Assembly (NCBI RefSeq): GCF_004010195.1
Contig: NC_057711.1
Span: forward strand, 77,848,560-77,912,559
Origin: Chiloscyllium plagiosum
Taxonomy: Eukaryota
Length of the DNA stretch: 64,000 nucleotides
Reading direction: 5' to 3'
In this document: positions 37,355 to 51,329 of the stretch, piece after piece
Layout: each line of letters opens with the position of its first letter
Numbering within the stretch: position 1 is the stretch's first letter
Made by a program: the position numbers and the translations under genes
Notes under the pieces: model-generated
The model's input: only the letters and a program-made list of their open reading frames with translations
Databases searched by the model: none
What the model was told of the DNA's origin: nothing

Positions 37355-38618
37355 ACGTTGATTTGTTGTTGTCACATGCACCAAGATTGAGTGAAAAGTG
37401 TTGTTTTGCATGCTATACAGGTGGATCATACTATACAAAGTCCAGCAGGGTAGCAGAACAGAATGCAGAACACAGCATTACAGCCACAGAGAAGATGCAG
37501 AGGGAACGAAAGATCAGAATTAACATTTGAGGCCTGTTCAAAAGTCTGATAATAGTGACGAAGAAACTGTTGTTGAACCTATTCATATACGTATTCAAAC
37601 TTTTATATCTTCTGCTGGATGGAAGAGAGTATAATCGGGTTGGGACAGATCTTTGATGATGCCGGTTTCTTTTCTAAGGCAGCGGGAAGTACAGATGAAG
37701 TCACTGGACAGAAGTCTGGCTTGCCTGATGAACCGGGCTGTATTCATGACTCTCTGTAGTTTCTCTTACAGTCTTGTGAACAGCAGTTGCCATAGCAAAC
37801 TGTAATGCATCGAGTTACCATGCTTTCTATAGCTTTCTATAATTTCCATAGCCTCATGAGGAAGAGAGACATTATTGTGCTTTCTAGACCATTGCATCAA
37901 CGTGGGTTGACTGGGACAGATTGGTGATTGTCACTCCCAGGAACTTGATGCTCTGGACTGTCTCCAGCTCAGCACCATTGATGCAAACAGGGGTGTGCCA
38001 TCCACTCTGCTTCCTGAAGTCAGTGACTAGCTCCTTAGTTTTGCTGATGTTGGTGGAGAGATTGTTGTCTTTACACCATGCCACTAAGCATTCAATCCCT
38101 TTCCTGTATTCTGTCTCATCATTGTTTGAGATTCCACCTACAATGATGCTGCTGTCAGCAAACTTGTACATGGAGTTGAAGTGGAAAATTTGGCAATACA
38201 GTTGTGAGTGTATAAGGGGTATAGCAGAGATGGTGAGTATGCAGCTTTGCGGGGCACCAATGTTGAGGATTATGGAGGAGGAGGAGGTTTTGCCTATTCT
38301 TACTGATTGCAGTCCATGGGTCAGAAAGTGGAAGATCCAGTTACAAAGGAGGGAACCAGGACCTAGGGCTTGGAGTTTAGAGGTGAGTTTGTTTGGAATT
38401 ATGCTGTTGAAGGCAGAGCTGTAGTCATAAGTAAGAGTCTGATGTAGTATCCTTGTTATCTAGATGTTCGAGGGATGAGTGTAGGGCCAGGGAGATGGCA
38501 TATGCTATGGAACTGTTGTGCCGGTAGGCGAATTGCAAAGGATCAAGGCACTTTGGTAGGCTGGAGTTGATGTGAGCCATGATTAACCTTTCCAAGTACT
38601 TCAGCATTATGGAGGTCA
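37355..38618 (-). mobile_element. Rex1/Babar-like LINE, second degraded copy
   Basis: LDPLQFAYRHNSSIAYAISLALHSSLEHLDNKDT and YKFADSSIIVGGISNNDETEYR. Similar extent and 3' UTR to 27545-28795. Confidence 0.84.
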
Positions 38619-41197
38619 GAGGTACCTTATGCTGTTTAGATCTTGTCTCTGTTCAATTTTTTTTACGATGGCTAACCCACTTAACATGCACACTATGAGG
38701 CAATACTTAGCATTACAAATCCGCCTGAAATGCTCACCTTTGGACTGTGGGAGGAAAGCAGCGCAGCGAAGTAAACCCATGCAGACATGATGAGAATGTG
38801 TGAACTCCACAAAGATAGTTGCCCAAGACTGCAATTGAACCCAAGTCCCTAGCCTTGTACAGGAAAGTTTGTCTGTTTTATTACATTAATTGAGTTTTGA
38901 TTATCCAGTCTCAATAACCTCTGATATTTTTATATTCTTAAACAGAACAATTCCATTTCTCCAATCCTTTCATTTAATTGACTACTCTTCATCCCTAGTT
39001 ATCCAGCAAACAAATATCAATTCTACCCTCTCCAGGAATGTTTGATTTCAAGAGGTCTCCATAATTTTCCTACATGGGATAAACAATGATTTGCAAAGAT
39101 TTAGCATTTCTTTGTTTTTAAAAAAATTCAATATCCTTTTTTACAAAGCCAATTATGCCATTCACTTTCCTTAACCACCTTATCAACTTGCATTGCCACC
39201 TTCAAAGATTTATGACCGTACATCCGCAGATCATCTCATCTTATACTTCCTTAAAACAACACCATTTATATTACTTTGAAAAAAACGTAGTGGAGAGACG
39301 AAGTATCTTCATTTTGAAGGATGGTAAGATCTAGAACACACTACTTGGAAGGGCATTAAGATCAGATTCCATCAAAACATCCAAAAGGTAACTTTCTGAG
39401 CTGAAAGAGAACAGCTTGCTAGGATACTAGGGAGAAAACTAGAGTGTAGGATATGTTTCAAAAGAGCTGACACAGGTAAGATGGGCTGAATGGATTCCTT
39501 CTGTATGATCAATTGCTAATATTCTGGACATTATTTACTAATTTATTTCATATCCTTCTTCTCTGATCCTCACGAAGTTCAAGTTATGTATCAATCTTAC
39601 ACTTGCTCTTTCCCATTTCCAACAAAATACTGATTTGTCCAACTTTCCCTCCTGACCACTATATTAATTGACATTGTACTAAGGAGCTGTAGCAATTTAT
39701 AATGTAACTTGTTTTTAAAACCCCTATCAGTCTATCACCTAAAGCCTGTAGAAATGAAGTCTAAGTCATTTGTCATCATTTTGTCGTCATTCCCTAAGGA
39801 CATGCCACATATCCAAATACAGCAATCAGCTGCTAAATTAGTTCGTACAGCTGCACCCTTGCCTGCATAATGTGATTGCTAAACAGTTGTTGTAGAACTT
39901 CTAAATTCTTAATGTTGCTGTTGTGACCAGAACTCTCCTGACTCTTTGGTCTATCAACATCATTCAAACCTCCAGTTGTTAAGTCAAATTCCTCTGACTC
40001 ACTGATCTACTCCTACTTCTAACAGCATATTTCTCATCCACCACATTACACCTTCCTAAAATTGGATTCAGACTCCTAGAAGCTCACCCAGAATTCAAGC
40101 AATTACTTGGCCTCGTGTAAAACCTCTTAAGTAGTGCAGTTAAGTATTGATTAATTGTCATTTCTTGATATAGAAGGCAGATTCCAGGAATCCAGTGGCC
40201 TCTTACCTGATAGCTCATTGGGTACAAATGATAAGATTTGGCCCAAAACCACATCCTCCTACTCTTCCCTTTTTGTTATGCTTACTCTTCTTTCTACATG
40301 TCTTTCCTTCTTCCCTTTCTTGTCCACAATCCTCTAGCATCTTGGCTGACTTGCAAGAAGTTAGGATAATGTAATATTTGCCAGTGTTGAGATGACAATG
40401 TTGGGGTGGGATTAGAAAGTTTGTATCACAATTTGATAAATAGTGTGCAGGAAGGTTCACGTAGCTGTGGAATTTGTTCCTTAACTGATAAAAGTAATTC
40501 CACCACTTTGTATTTGTGAGAGCCATGTAAACCTACAGGACTTCAAGTTGCTTTTAATTCCATGATCATTTGGGATTATTCCTTAATCAGTTCTGGTATC
40601 TAGGACTAGAGCTATTGCTAGGAGCCTGAGTTCTTCCCAGATAACTCTGCAAAACCAGTGTTCATGAAGGGTTGGATGACTTCCAGGTAACAGGAAGCAT
40701 ATTTGTTCTGTGATTCTACCAAGTTGATTTCAAACAATAGGCTGGAGGTTCCATAAATCATGGCTTTGGTAGCAATGTTTACTCCTCTGCAACGGAATTT
40801 GCATTATTTCAGGTAAATATAAATGCTGAAAGTATCCAGTAGGTCAGGCAGAATCTGTGTAGATTGAAATCAAACTAAAGTTTCAGGTTAATGGCCTCTC
40901 ATTGGAACATTAGCTTTCTTTCCTCAAAAACTGTTTAGCCTGCTATCTAGTCATACTAGTTCTTGTTTTTATTTCTGATTTTTACCATCCACAACAGTTT
41001 GAAAATGATGTTTTACTTATGTTGATCTTTCCAATACTTGAATTTAAGATACCTTAGCAAAATATAGACAATAAGTTTTGTTGCATCAGATATTTAAATG
41101 GTTTGGGAACAAAAAGACCTAGGTAGTTATATTTTGCTTTTTCAATCTGTTTCATTTTGTCTAGTAATTGCTAATGTGATTATTTTCCAAACTTTAG

Positions 41198-41418
41198 AAT
41201 GATAGAAATGAAGCTAGGAGTTGAAAAGAATGCAATGATGGACCTCTACTACAAACAAGGAAGAGAAGGAATGGTTCTAGATGCAACTATACGTGATATT
41301 CATGTTTGTGCAAGTATGGAATTTCTGCTCACAGTGGCTGACTTTTTTGTCAAGGCAAATAATCAGGTCTCTACAGCTCCAGTGAATAAACCAGCTGCGA
41401 TGACGTCAAAAGAAAAAG
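41198..41418 (+). CDS. VPS13A: VPS13A coding exon 9 (phase 2/1)
   Basis: tttag|A...G|gtttgg. Encodes MIEMKLGVEKNAMMDLYYKQGREGMVLDATIRDIHVCASMEFLLTVADFFVKA...SKEK. Confidence 0.94.
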
Positions 41419-41504
41419 GTTTGGAAGATAATTAAGGGCATTTGGATATTTTTAAAGTTGATGGAAAAAAATTATACATTTACATTCTTTTTTATTTATT
41501 AAAG

Positions 41505-41737
41505 TACCACCGCAAGCTGCGTCCAAAATGGAGCTTAGTGTTCACATTCAGAATCCAGAGATTGTCTTTGTGGCAGATTTGACCAGAGTGGATGCCCCAT
41601 CACTTGTGGTGACTGCACAGTGTGAAGCTGACATTAATAATGATCCAGAACTTCAACAGATAACTGCAACTATTAAAGATCTCAAAATTATGGCCTGCCC
41701 ATTCCTAAAAGAAAAGAGAAAAGATCATGTTACCACG
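41505..41737 (+). CDS. VPS13A: VPS13A coding exon 10 (phase 1/0)
   Basis: aaag|TA...ACG|gtatat. Encodes VPPQAASKMELSVHIQNPEIVFVADLTRVDAPSLVVTAQCE...ACPFLKEKRKDHVTT. Confidence 0.95.
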
Positions 41738-42007
41738 GTATATAATGATGAATATAAAATTTTCCATTTTCTGTTTCAGTAAAGTTTGTGATACTTTGCA
41801 AAAATCTACACCTATTTTGTTGAATATTTCTGCATTTCAGGTTTTTTAACTTAAACATTGATGTTGTTTCTACTTTAAAAGGTATCAAGTCACAAAATTA
41901 CTAATGCCATTGATTGGCTCAATCTAAATCTAAATTATTGGATATGCTGTAATTACAGGAGTATAATCTTGCATGTATAATGTGATATTTTCAATTCTGA
42001 TACCTAG

Positions 42008-42100
42008 GTCTTACAGCCTTGTAGTGTATTTTTCCAAAGTGCACAAGCTACATCTGGTCCCAGTTTCTTGGAGTTGGCAGTGAAATCACTAATGCTGAAA
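42008..42100 (+). CDS. VPS13A: VPS13A coding exon 11 (phase 0/0)
   Basis: ctag|GTC...AAA|gtaaga. Encodes VLQPCSVFFQSAQATSGPSFLELAVKSLMLK. Confidence 0.94.
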
Positions 42101-42201
42101 GTAAGAAGATATTTAGTTTTTCTACATAATTTTTCTGAGTTGCAAAATAATTTAAAAATGCTTGCTGAACAACTTTACCTATTTTGTGTGTTATTTCTTA
42201 G

Positions 42202-42561
42202 GTATCTCCTGTTATTATTAACACTGTGATTACAATCACATCTGCCTTAAATCCCACTGTTGATAGTCCACATGAAAAGGACAGTGAAATACCACCTGAC
42301 TTGTGGAATAAGAAGAATGTGAAAGACTTAAAACTCTGGTTTTTGGAGAAAACTAAAAATAATGAAAGTAAGAATGGCCCAACAGCACAATTAGAATCGA
42401 CAGAAGAGAACCTAAAAATGACGGTGGACTTCATTTGCTTGACGCTCGAAGCAGGTGTTGGACATAGAACTGTTCCAATGCTTCTGGCAAAGTCAACTTT
42501 TAAAGGAGATGTTAAAAACTGGAGCACATTCATTAATCTGCATTGCCATCTTAACTTAGAG
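42202..42561 (+). CDS. VPS13A: VPS13A coding exon 12 (phase 0/0)
   Basis: ttag|GTA...GAG|gtatga. Encodes VSPVIINTVITITSAL...LEAGVGHRTVPMLLAKSTFKGDVKNWSTFINLHCHLNLE. Confidence 0.96.
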
Positions 42562-45500
42562 GTATGAAGTGATGGAAAATCCTTTTTTACATAAACATGC
42601 ATATGTGTTAGGCCCATTCCTGGTAATGTTTTTATTATGTTTTCGGCAATGAAGCTTTGTGATGTGAAATTCTGATTAAGTAAAGTAGTTGAAATTTGAT
42701 AGTTCTAGTTTGTTTTAAAATGAGCAGACCTATTAGTACTCAGCATGAATTTAAGAAAGAAAATTAGTGCATGTGTTTTTAACAGTGTCATTTTTCAGAT
42801 TAGATTTTATACCAGGCTCAGTAGTTGGATTTTTAAAAAATATCTATGGTGCTAGCAGAAGTGAAACAGGGTGATGTGCTAGTATTTGGTAGAATTTAAA
42901 TTTGGTTAATAAATCTAGAATTGAAAGCTAGTCTCATCTATAGTGACTACACGCTACCATTGATCGGTGTGAAAACCCATGGAAAAGATGGGAAAGAAAT
43001 CTGCTTAGCTGGTCTGGCATTTCTATGACTCCAGATCCACACCAATATGTTGACTCTTAACTGATTTCTGAAGTGACCCAGCAGGTCACTTGGGTTAAGG
43101 GTAATTAGGGATGGATAATTGCAGAATTATTATGGCACAGAAGGAAGCTTTTTGGCTCATGGTGTCTGTATGGTTCTTCAATGAGCATTATTATATAGTA
43201 CGATTCTCCTATATTTTTACCATACCATTACATATTCTTTCTATTCAAATCATCATTTAATGCCCTTTTTTTCAATGCCTCAGTTGACTCTGTCTTCCAC
43301 TAAACTTCCAAGCAGTGTGTTCCAGACCTGAACCATTGATTTTCTTTTTCTTCTTGCATCATAATTGCAAATCACTATTTCCCACATTCTCAATCCCTTT
43401 GCAAACACAAACAGTTTCACCCTGCCTATCCATGCCTGTCATGATTTTATAAATGTTTATCTATAATAAATACCAATACCCAAATTCCATGAGAGACTAA
43501 TGAAAATTTAAGTATGTGTAAAATGTGGATGCAGGTACTTGAATTGTCAAGAAGTCAAAGCATTTGATCAAATCTCCTGGCCTTCAATTTTTTCACTTTT
43601 TTAAAAAGTCTGTTAATTTGAAAAGAGTGTTTGCATTTTTTGTTTGATTACATAAGCCTGAGGGCAATCATTATAAAATTTGCACTGAATGACTCATTTC
43701 ACAAGCTATTATTGTCACAGTGGCCGTCAACCAGCATGGTTTCATTGACAGTTGCACAAGGTTATGAAATGTATTATGAAGGGCTATAAACTTCAAAAGT
43801 GATTAAACACCTGAATATACTTTTTTCTTCATTCCAGTGCAATAAAGGTATCATTGCCCATAACATAATCTCCTTGACCTGAGTCATTTAGTCACCTATT
43901 TCAGAAAGCATTCACATGTCAGTGACATTACTGAGTCCTTAGTTGCTTGTGATCCAGACTGGGGAAGAACAGCAGATTTCTTTCCCTGAAGAATACCTGT
44001 GAACCAAATGTATTTTTAACAATTGATGTCATGGACCACAGTCACTGAAACCAGCCTTGTATTTCAAACTCATGAATTCAATTTAAATTTCACCAACAGC
44101 TATGGCGGGATTTGAACTCCTGTCCCCAAAGCATTAGATTGTGCCTTTGTATTGCCAGTCTAGTGACATTACCATTACACCAATGTCTAATTTTTACAAT
44201 CTCAAAGTTCAAATGACCGCTCCCAAAGGTGTCTCAGGATGGATCTGACAAGGTTGCCAACTTCTCCAAATAATTCTGGCAACTTCACACTTTTCAGATG
44301 GTCTAAAGTCCATAAGTTGTGTTTTGAGCACTGATAAAGATTTCTTGAAAGCAGCTGCACTTCCACATGTGAGGCGGTCTCCATGAATCAGGAATGAGCA
44401 AATAGCAATCTCTCTCTTTTCAACTCCTGTGAAAATGATAGGTGCTGGAATTGAGGGCAGGACTTCAAGTTGGGGCTGTGGAACCATTTTTTGAGACAAC
44501 CTCTGGCTTAGGCATCGCTTCAAGCATTCAGGCCACGATCCCATTAAAATGTCACCAAAGTCATTGTAGATACTGTTGGCTCTGCTATGACGGGAATTGA
44601 CTTTAATGTAATTGAAGAATGTAGACCGTTATTTATAGAATGCAAACTTTCCTTATATGTATTAGATTAAATGGCATAGCTTTTGTGTGATTTTCTTATA
44701 ATGTGACATTGCACAAGAACTGAACTATTGTGTTATGTCAGAACCGACTGCATCTAGTTATAGACATAGTATACACAAACGTGTGAATTTACACTATATA
44801 TATATAAACATGAAAAATTATGAGTAAGGCTATTCATTTTCCATCTCCAGCCTGTTCTTCCATCTTGATAGTAGCATGGCCTCAACTTTACTTTTTTGAC
44901 TACCACCAATAGCCTTCAAGTCCCCTGTTAGTCAAGAATCTATTCAGCTCTGCAGAAAAATATGCAGTAACCCTACCTCCAGTACTCTCTAGGGAAGAGA
45001 GTTCCACAGACATTGAATCCTCTTGGTCGTAGAGAAGGTGGTCCATACCTTGCTTATATTGTCTTCTGTGAATAGACACAGATCGTGGTCCATACTGGTG
45101 TCAATGACATAGGCAGGAAGAGAGGTGAGGTCCTGTAAAGGGAATTTTGGGAGTTAGATGGAAAGTTGAAAACCAGGACCCCTAGGCTTGTAATCTCATG
45201 CTATGGAGGACAGAATTAGGAAGATAATACAGTTGAATGCTACAGAGTTGATGTAGGAGGGAGGGCTTTAGGATCATTGGGATCTCTTGCATGGCTGGAA
45301 GGACAGGTTGCATCTAACTTGAGGGGCACCAATTTTTTTTTGAATGGAGGTTTGCTAGTGCCACTTAGCAGGGTTTAAATTAGTGTGTTGGGGGATGGGA
45401 ACAGAGCAGAGGGTTAGCGAATGGACTGATTGAGGAGCAGGTAGAAATTAAGTCAAGCAAGTTTAAGAGCAGGGTTACATTAATGAACACTGTGGGACTG

Positions 45501-46400
45501 GCAGCCTGAGGTGCATTTATTTCAATTTGAGGAGTATCACAGTAAGGTAAATGAGTTTGGATTAATATGTGGAACTGTGTTGTTGCAGCCATTCCATAAA
45601 ATGGGCTGAGAAAAGGGCAATATTAGCAGTTCAATGTTCCAGGGTTTAGATTTTTCAGGTGGATTGAGGGGGAATTAAAAAGGATGGTGAGTTGTTAAAG
45701 ATTGTGGAAAATGTCACAGCTGTACTAAGAGGGCATCTTGGATAGCTCATCTGGTGAGGCCATATGTGTAGAACTCAGGAAGTAAGAAGGTGCAATCATA
45801 ATGATTGGGTTATAGCATAGGTCTTCCAATAGCCAACAGGAGATAGGGGAACATGCATGTATGCTGATCATGGAGAGATATAAAAACAAAAGTTTTTTAG
45901 TAGTGGGTGGCTTTTACTTCCCCTATGTTTACTGCGACTCCCTTAGTGCCAGGGGCTTAGTTGGGGCAGAATTTGTTAGGTGGATCCAGGAAGAATTCTT
46001 GAAACAATATGTAGATACTTCATCGAGGAAAGTGGCCATACTTGTATTGGGGAATGGCTCTTATTCGGATTTCACTGGCAGAGCATTTTGGCAACAGTGA
46101 TCATAATTCCATAAGTTTTGAAATATTTATGGATAATTATCAGACTAGTCCTTGGGTAAAAATGTTAAATTGTGGCAAGGCTTCTTACTAAAGCGTTGGA
46201 CAGGAACTGGAAAAGCTAGATTGGGGGTGGCTGTTTGAGGGTTGACAGTTCAGAGACTTCAAGGGCAATTGTTCAGAGTTGAGGACCAGCATGTTTCTAT
46301 GGGAATGAAATGTGAGGATGGCAAGATGTAGGAATCCTGGATGACGAGATGTTGGAAGTTCTGTTGAAAAGAAAAAGGAAGCATATGTAAAGTTCATGAA

Positions 46401-47570
46401 AGGCCGGTATGTAAAGGCCGGTGAGTCTCACTTCTGTTGTGGGCAAAGTCTTAGAGAGAATTGTAAGGGATAGGATTTATGCACATCTGGATAGGAATAA
46501 TGTGATCAAGGATAGTCAGCATTGTTTTGTGAAGGGCAGGTCGTGCCTCACAAACCTTATTGAATTCTTTGAAAAGGTGACGAAGGAGGTTGATGAGGGG
46601 AAAGCGGTAGGTGTGGTATATATGGATTTTAGTAAGGCGTTTGATAAGGTTCCCCATGGTAGGCTACTGCACAAAATACGGAGATATGGCATTGAGGGTG
46701 AGTTGGAGGTTTGGATTAGGAATTGGCGGGATGGAAGAAGACAGAGGGTAGTAGTTGATGGCAAAGTTTCTTCATGGAGTGCCGTCACTAGCGGTGTTCC
46801 GCAAGGATCTGTTTTGGGACCATTGCTGTTTGTCATTTTTATAAATGACAAACAGCAATGGTCGTAAAACAAATCCTTGCGGAACACCGCTAGTNNNNNN
46901 NNNNNNNNNNNNNNNNNNNNNNNNNNNNNNNNNNNNNNNNNNNNNNNNNNNNNNNNNNNNNNNNNNNNNNNNNNNNNNNNNNNNNNNNNNNNNNNNNNNN
47001 NNNNNNNNNNNNNNNNNNNNNNNNNNNNNNNNNNNNNNNNNNNNNNNNNNNNNNNNNNNNNNNNNNNNNNNNNNNNNNNNNNNNNNNNNNNNNNNNNNNN
47101 NNNNNNNNNNNNNNNNNNNNNNNNNNNNNNNNNNNNNNNNNNNNNNNNNNNNNNNNNNNNNNNNNNNNNNNNNNNNNNNNNNNNNNNNNNNNNNNNNNNN
47201 NNNNNNNNNNNNNNNNNNNNNNNNNNNNNNNNNNNNNNNNNNNNNNNNNNNNNNNNNNNNNNNNNNNNNNNNNNNNNNNNNNNNNNNNNNNNNNNNNNNN
47301 NNNNNNNNNNNNNNNNNNNNNNNNNNNNNNNNNGGGGGGTTGATATAGGACTGAAGTTAGGGGTAGGTTCTTCACTCAGCGAGTCGTAAGTTCATGGAAT
47401 GCCCTGCCAGTAGCAGTGGTGGACTCTCCCTCTTTATGGGCATTTAAGCGGGCATTGGATAGGTATATGGAGGATAGTGGGTTAGTATAGGTTAGGTGGG
47501 CTTGGATCGGCGCAACATCGAGGGCCAAAAGGCCTGTACTGCGCTGTATTCTTCTATGTTCTATGTTCTA
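46401..47570 (+). mobile_element. Young 5'-truncated CR1 LINE nested in older CR1; contains the assembly gap
   Basis: Open RT frame [16 protein letters not shown]...[13 protein letters not shown]...[19 protein letters not shown]. (TTCTATG)n tail at about 47549-47572. atgaaa occurs at both junctions. Confidence 0.9.
46895..47333. other. Assembly gap (439 N)
   Basis: Run of n characters. Confidence 1.
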
Positions 47571-50319
47571 TGAAACTGAAATTGGACAAGGTCTTTGAGG
47601 AATATAAAGGAACCAGAGAAGAATGTAAACAAGTAATTAAAAGGGCTAAAGGGGTCATGAAATATTATTCATTGTACTTACCAAGGAGAGTCCAAAGGCA
47701 TTTTGAGCATATATTAGGAGCAAGAAAGTAGCTAGGGAAAGGGTAGGTCCACTTGAGGACAAAGAAGATAATTTGTGCATGATGTCAGGGGACGTGGGTG
47801 ATGTCCTTAATCAGTACTTGGCATTGGTATTCACCAAGGAGAAGAATATGGATGATGGTAAGATTGTGGATGGGTATATTGATATTCTAGGGCATGTTGA
47901 TATTAAAAAGGTTAGGGTGTTAGGTGTCTTGAAAAACATTAAGGCGGATAAGTCCCCAGGGCCTGATGGGATTTATTGCAGTATATGGAAAGGGACAAGG
48001 GAGAAGATTGCTAGGGCCTTGGCAAGATCTTGTAGCCTTTTTAACTATGGGTGAGATCCCAGAAGACTGGAGAATAGCCAGTGTTGTTCCTTTATTTAAG
48101 AATGACAACTGGGATAATCCAGGAAATTATAACAGTGGTAGGGAAATTATTGGAGAAGATTTTTAGGGACAGGATTGGCTCACATTTGGAAAATAACAGA
48201 CTTATTAGGTACAGTGAGCATGGCTTTTTGTGGAGAGGTCTTGTCTCACAAATTTGATTGAGTACTTTGAAGGACAATATAGATTTTACTAAAGTATTTG
48301 ATAAAGTCCCTCATGGTAGGCTGGTCCTGAAGATTAAGTCATTTGGGAGCCGTGGTGAGTTGGTAAATTGGATAGAAAATTGGCTGGGTCATAAAAGCCA
48401 AAAGGTAGTTGCAGAGGAGTCTTTTTCTGACCAGAGGTCTGAACCAGTGGTGTTTTCCCGAGGATTGGTGCTGGGATCTCTGTTTGTAATATATTTATAA
48501 ATGATTTGGGTGAAAATGCAGGTAGTCTGATTAGTAAGTTTACAGATAATGTAGAAATTGGAGGAGTTGTGGGTAGTGAGGAAGTCGTCAAAGAATCCAA
48601 TAAGATATAGATCAGTTGGATGGAGAAATGGCAGATGGAGTTTAATCTGGCCAAGTGAGGTAATGCATTTTGGGAGATCAAATGCAAGAGGAAAATACAC
48701 AGTAAGTAACAGGACCCTTAGGAATGTTAATATGCAGCAAGATCTTAGGGTGTAAGCTGGAATCAATGTTGATCTGTTTTCTTCTCACAGATGCTGCCAA
48801 ATCTATTGTGTTGTACCAACAATTTGTTGTTTCAGATCTCCAGCATTCACCTTCTCTTTCCTTTACCCCAGGAAGTAACTTGGAGTTGAGTATATTAGCT
48901 ATAAGGAACGGTTGGACAAACTAGGATTGTTTTCAGTAGAGTGACCTGATAGAGATATATAAAATTTAGAGGCGGGGATAGGATGGATAGTCAGTCTTTT
49001 TTCAAGGGTAGAAATGTCACATACTAGGGGGCATAGGTTTAAGGTGAGAGGGGGAATGTTTAAAGGAGATGTGCAAGGCATTTTTTTTTTAAACAGAGGA
49101 TGCTAGGTTCCTAGAATGTGCTGCCAGTGGAGGTGGTAGAAGCAGATATAAAAGCAATGTTTAAGAGGCATTTGGGCAAATACATGAACATACAGATAAT
49201 GAAGGGAATACAGACCATGAAAAGGCAGATGGGATTAGTTTAGCACAGCATTGTAATTGGCACAGACATGGTAGTTGAAGGCCCTTTTCTTTTGCTGTAT
49301 TGTTCTATATACTATGTTATACCACTACATTACTACTAATCCCCATGCTTGAAGGCTTTCAGTTCCTCAGTACCAAACTCAGTTTGCTTATCCACCCTGC
49401 AAATCCACTTATGTTCATACAGACCACAAAATCTCAAAGTTGTTGGAAATTACAATAGTTAGCTGCTTTATCTTTTACCTTTTCATTCCCTTATTTGCCA
49501 TGGATACTGTCACACGCTTCTGTCACTGGCTGTTGACAGAAATGGAAGACTCTATCTTAAGAAGTATGATTGCCTCCAAGTGTCCAGGTAACTATTAGTG
49601 ATCTGATGCAGTGTGTGAACTCAGTTAGCAGCTCAATGACCTGAAGCTGTTGTATTAGATTGGCATTCTCATGCTGCTTTATTCTATAATCATAATGCAT
49701 TACCTGCAGTGCCATTATGTTAATTTACTTATTTTTCTAAAATATTTTATGATTAATAAATCCTACAACTTTGAAGAAGTTTTACTCCTGTTTGTAAAAA
49801 CTTACTGACACTCTTGAGATCAACACCATCCAGGAGAAAGCAGGCACTTAATTGGCCTTAACTATTCAGCCCCTCCGTAATTAGTACATCAAGTGAACAG
49901 TATATACCATTCACAAGATGTACTGGCAACGTGCCTTCTAGGCAGCTTCAGTAGTGCATTCCAAATCGGTGACATCTGAGCCACAAGACAAAGGCTGGAG
50001 ATGCATGGTAACATCACTGCCTGCAATTCCTATATCTTGTCTTGGAAGTATGTTCACTATATTCTGTGTCAGTGGTTCAAACATTGCTGGAACTCCCATT
50101 CTCAAAGCACACTGGGTGTACTTGCCCCAAATGGACCACAGTGGTTCAAGAAGGGGCTTGCTGCAATATTCTAAAGAGCAATTAAGGATAGAGAATAAAT
50201 TCTGACCTCATTAGTAATGCCTACATCCTTTGAAAAGAACAATTCAAAAACGTTTGAGGAATCTGGAAGAGAAGAAAGAGTCAAAATATTAACTGCTCAC
50301 CATTTTCTTTTTCCATTAG

Positions 50320-50421
50320 GTGCATTACTATAATGAAATGCTTGCTGTGTGGGAACCGCTACTAGAACCATTAGAAATTGAAAACAGTGATGAATTTAGA
50401 CCTTGGGAACTTGGGATTAAG
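50320..50421 (+). CDS. VPS13A: VPS13A coding exon 13 (phase 0/0); next exon lies beyond the window
   Basis: ttag|GTG...AAG|gtttgt. Encodes VHYYNEMLAVWEPLLEPLEIENSDEFRPWELGIK, with the conserved VPS13 WEPLLEP motif. Confidence 0.96.
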
Positions 50422-50599
50422 GTTTGTGCATTGACCATCTTTTTAAATAAATGCTTTGATCTAGATATTAGAATTATAACTCAAAAATGCTACCATATAG
50501 TATACTACGAATAGAAGCTTCTTCCAGCTGCTTCGAGGTTCACTTTGATGAGATTTGCTAATGATGTGATGTTTTGTGTATTGCTTTGCACTGAAAATG

Positions 50600-51060
50600 T
50601 TGATAATTTATGCTCAAAATTATATCAAGGTTCATGGCAAGACGCAATGTTGATCAGTTTTCATACTTTGGCAGCCTTCTCTCAATGAAGACAGATATCA
50701 GTGATAAAATGCATCATCTCCAGTGTCATTGCAGTCAATGGAAATAGACTGATGACAAAGACCTCATTTCCATTATTAAGCACATGGTCTACTGGACAAC
50801 AGTTGTTATCTGCCTTCCTGTATGCATCGGAGATATGGACAGTGTACAGCAGCTGTTCTGGATCATTATATGATCAGAGTTGCCTCAGCAAAATCCTGAA
50901 AATCCAGTGGATGCTTTGATATCAATGACCTCCTTCAGGACAACATCCTGAGCATTGAGGCACTGGTTACAACCAATTGCATTGGGCAGACCACATCATC
51001 TGCATATTTGATGCAAGTCTTTTAAACAAGCTGTCTATTTTGAGCTTTGTTGTATGGATT
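50600..51060 (+). mobile_element. RTE-clade LINE 3' fragment, degraded
   Basis: LLSAFLYASEIWTVYS...QSCLSKILKIQW, followed by a SIEALV...WADHIIC remnant typical of RTE C-termini. Confidence 0.6.
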
Positions 51061-51096
51061 TGTGCAAAATGGGAACATAAGCAGATCTGATGACCA

Positions 51097-51232
51097 GTTC
51101 TGAGGAAGAGTCAGTGGACTCAGAACATTAAATGTCTTTCCTTTCCACAGATGCTACCAGACCTGCTGAGCTTCTCCAGCAATTTCAGTTTTTGTTTCAG
51201 ACCTCCAGCGTCCACAGATCTTTGTTTTATTA
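51097..51232 (+). mobile_element. PLE pLTR 3' fragment with decayed hammerhead motif
   Basis: tt-CTGAGGA-a-GAGTC-agtg-GACTC-agaacatt-aa. Stem II is intact; the GAAA core is mutated. Confidence 0.6.
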
Positions 51233-51329
51233 CAGTGGACGTAAATAATTTGGAACCTTGAGCTTGCTCTGATATCCAGTAAAATTATGGTTGATCGGTT
51301 TGTTTTACATTCTATTTTCCCATCTACAC

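Larger units (their letters stand above)
45030..49310 (+). mobile_element. Old near full-length CR1-type LINE (ORF1 remnant, endonuclease, RT, 3' end), split by a younger CR1
   Basis: LVVGGFYFPYVYCD (endonuclease-like), [40 protein letters not shown]. Many stops and frameshifts. Confidence 0.8.

Noticed and set aside
46787..46894. 52-bp fold-back (3 mismatches) of CR1 RT sequence running into the gap
   Set aside because: It ends exactly at the contig edge and has no TSD or pLTR sequence. Most likely a chimeric-read or assembly artefact rather than a biological hairpin; long reads would decide.
46845..47389. ORFs full of X
   Set aside because: They are produced by the N gap.
11199..50325. 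AG|GT at the start of several exons (possible recursive splice sites)
   Set aside because: Explained by Gly/Val codons at the exon starts. The downstream bases are poor donor matches and there is no supporting evidence.
740..50421. Assignment to VPS13C instead of VPS13A
   Set aside because: Motifs TVVTAAVVE, EATVQAA, PQSPVS, VSPVIINT and WEPLLEPLEI fit VPS13A better as I recall the sequences. Reciprocal BLAST or synteny would confirm.
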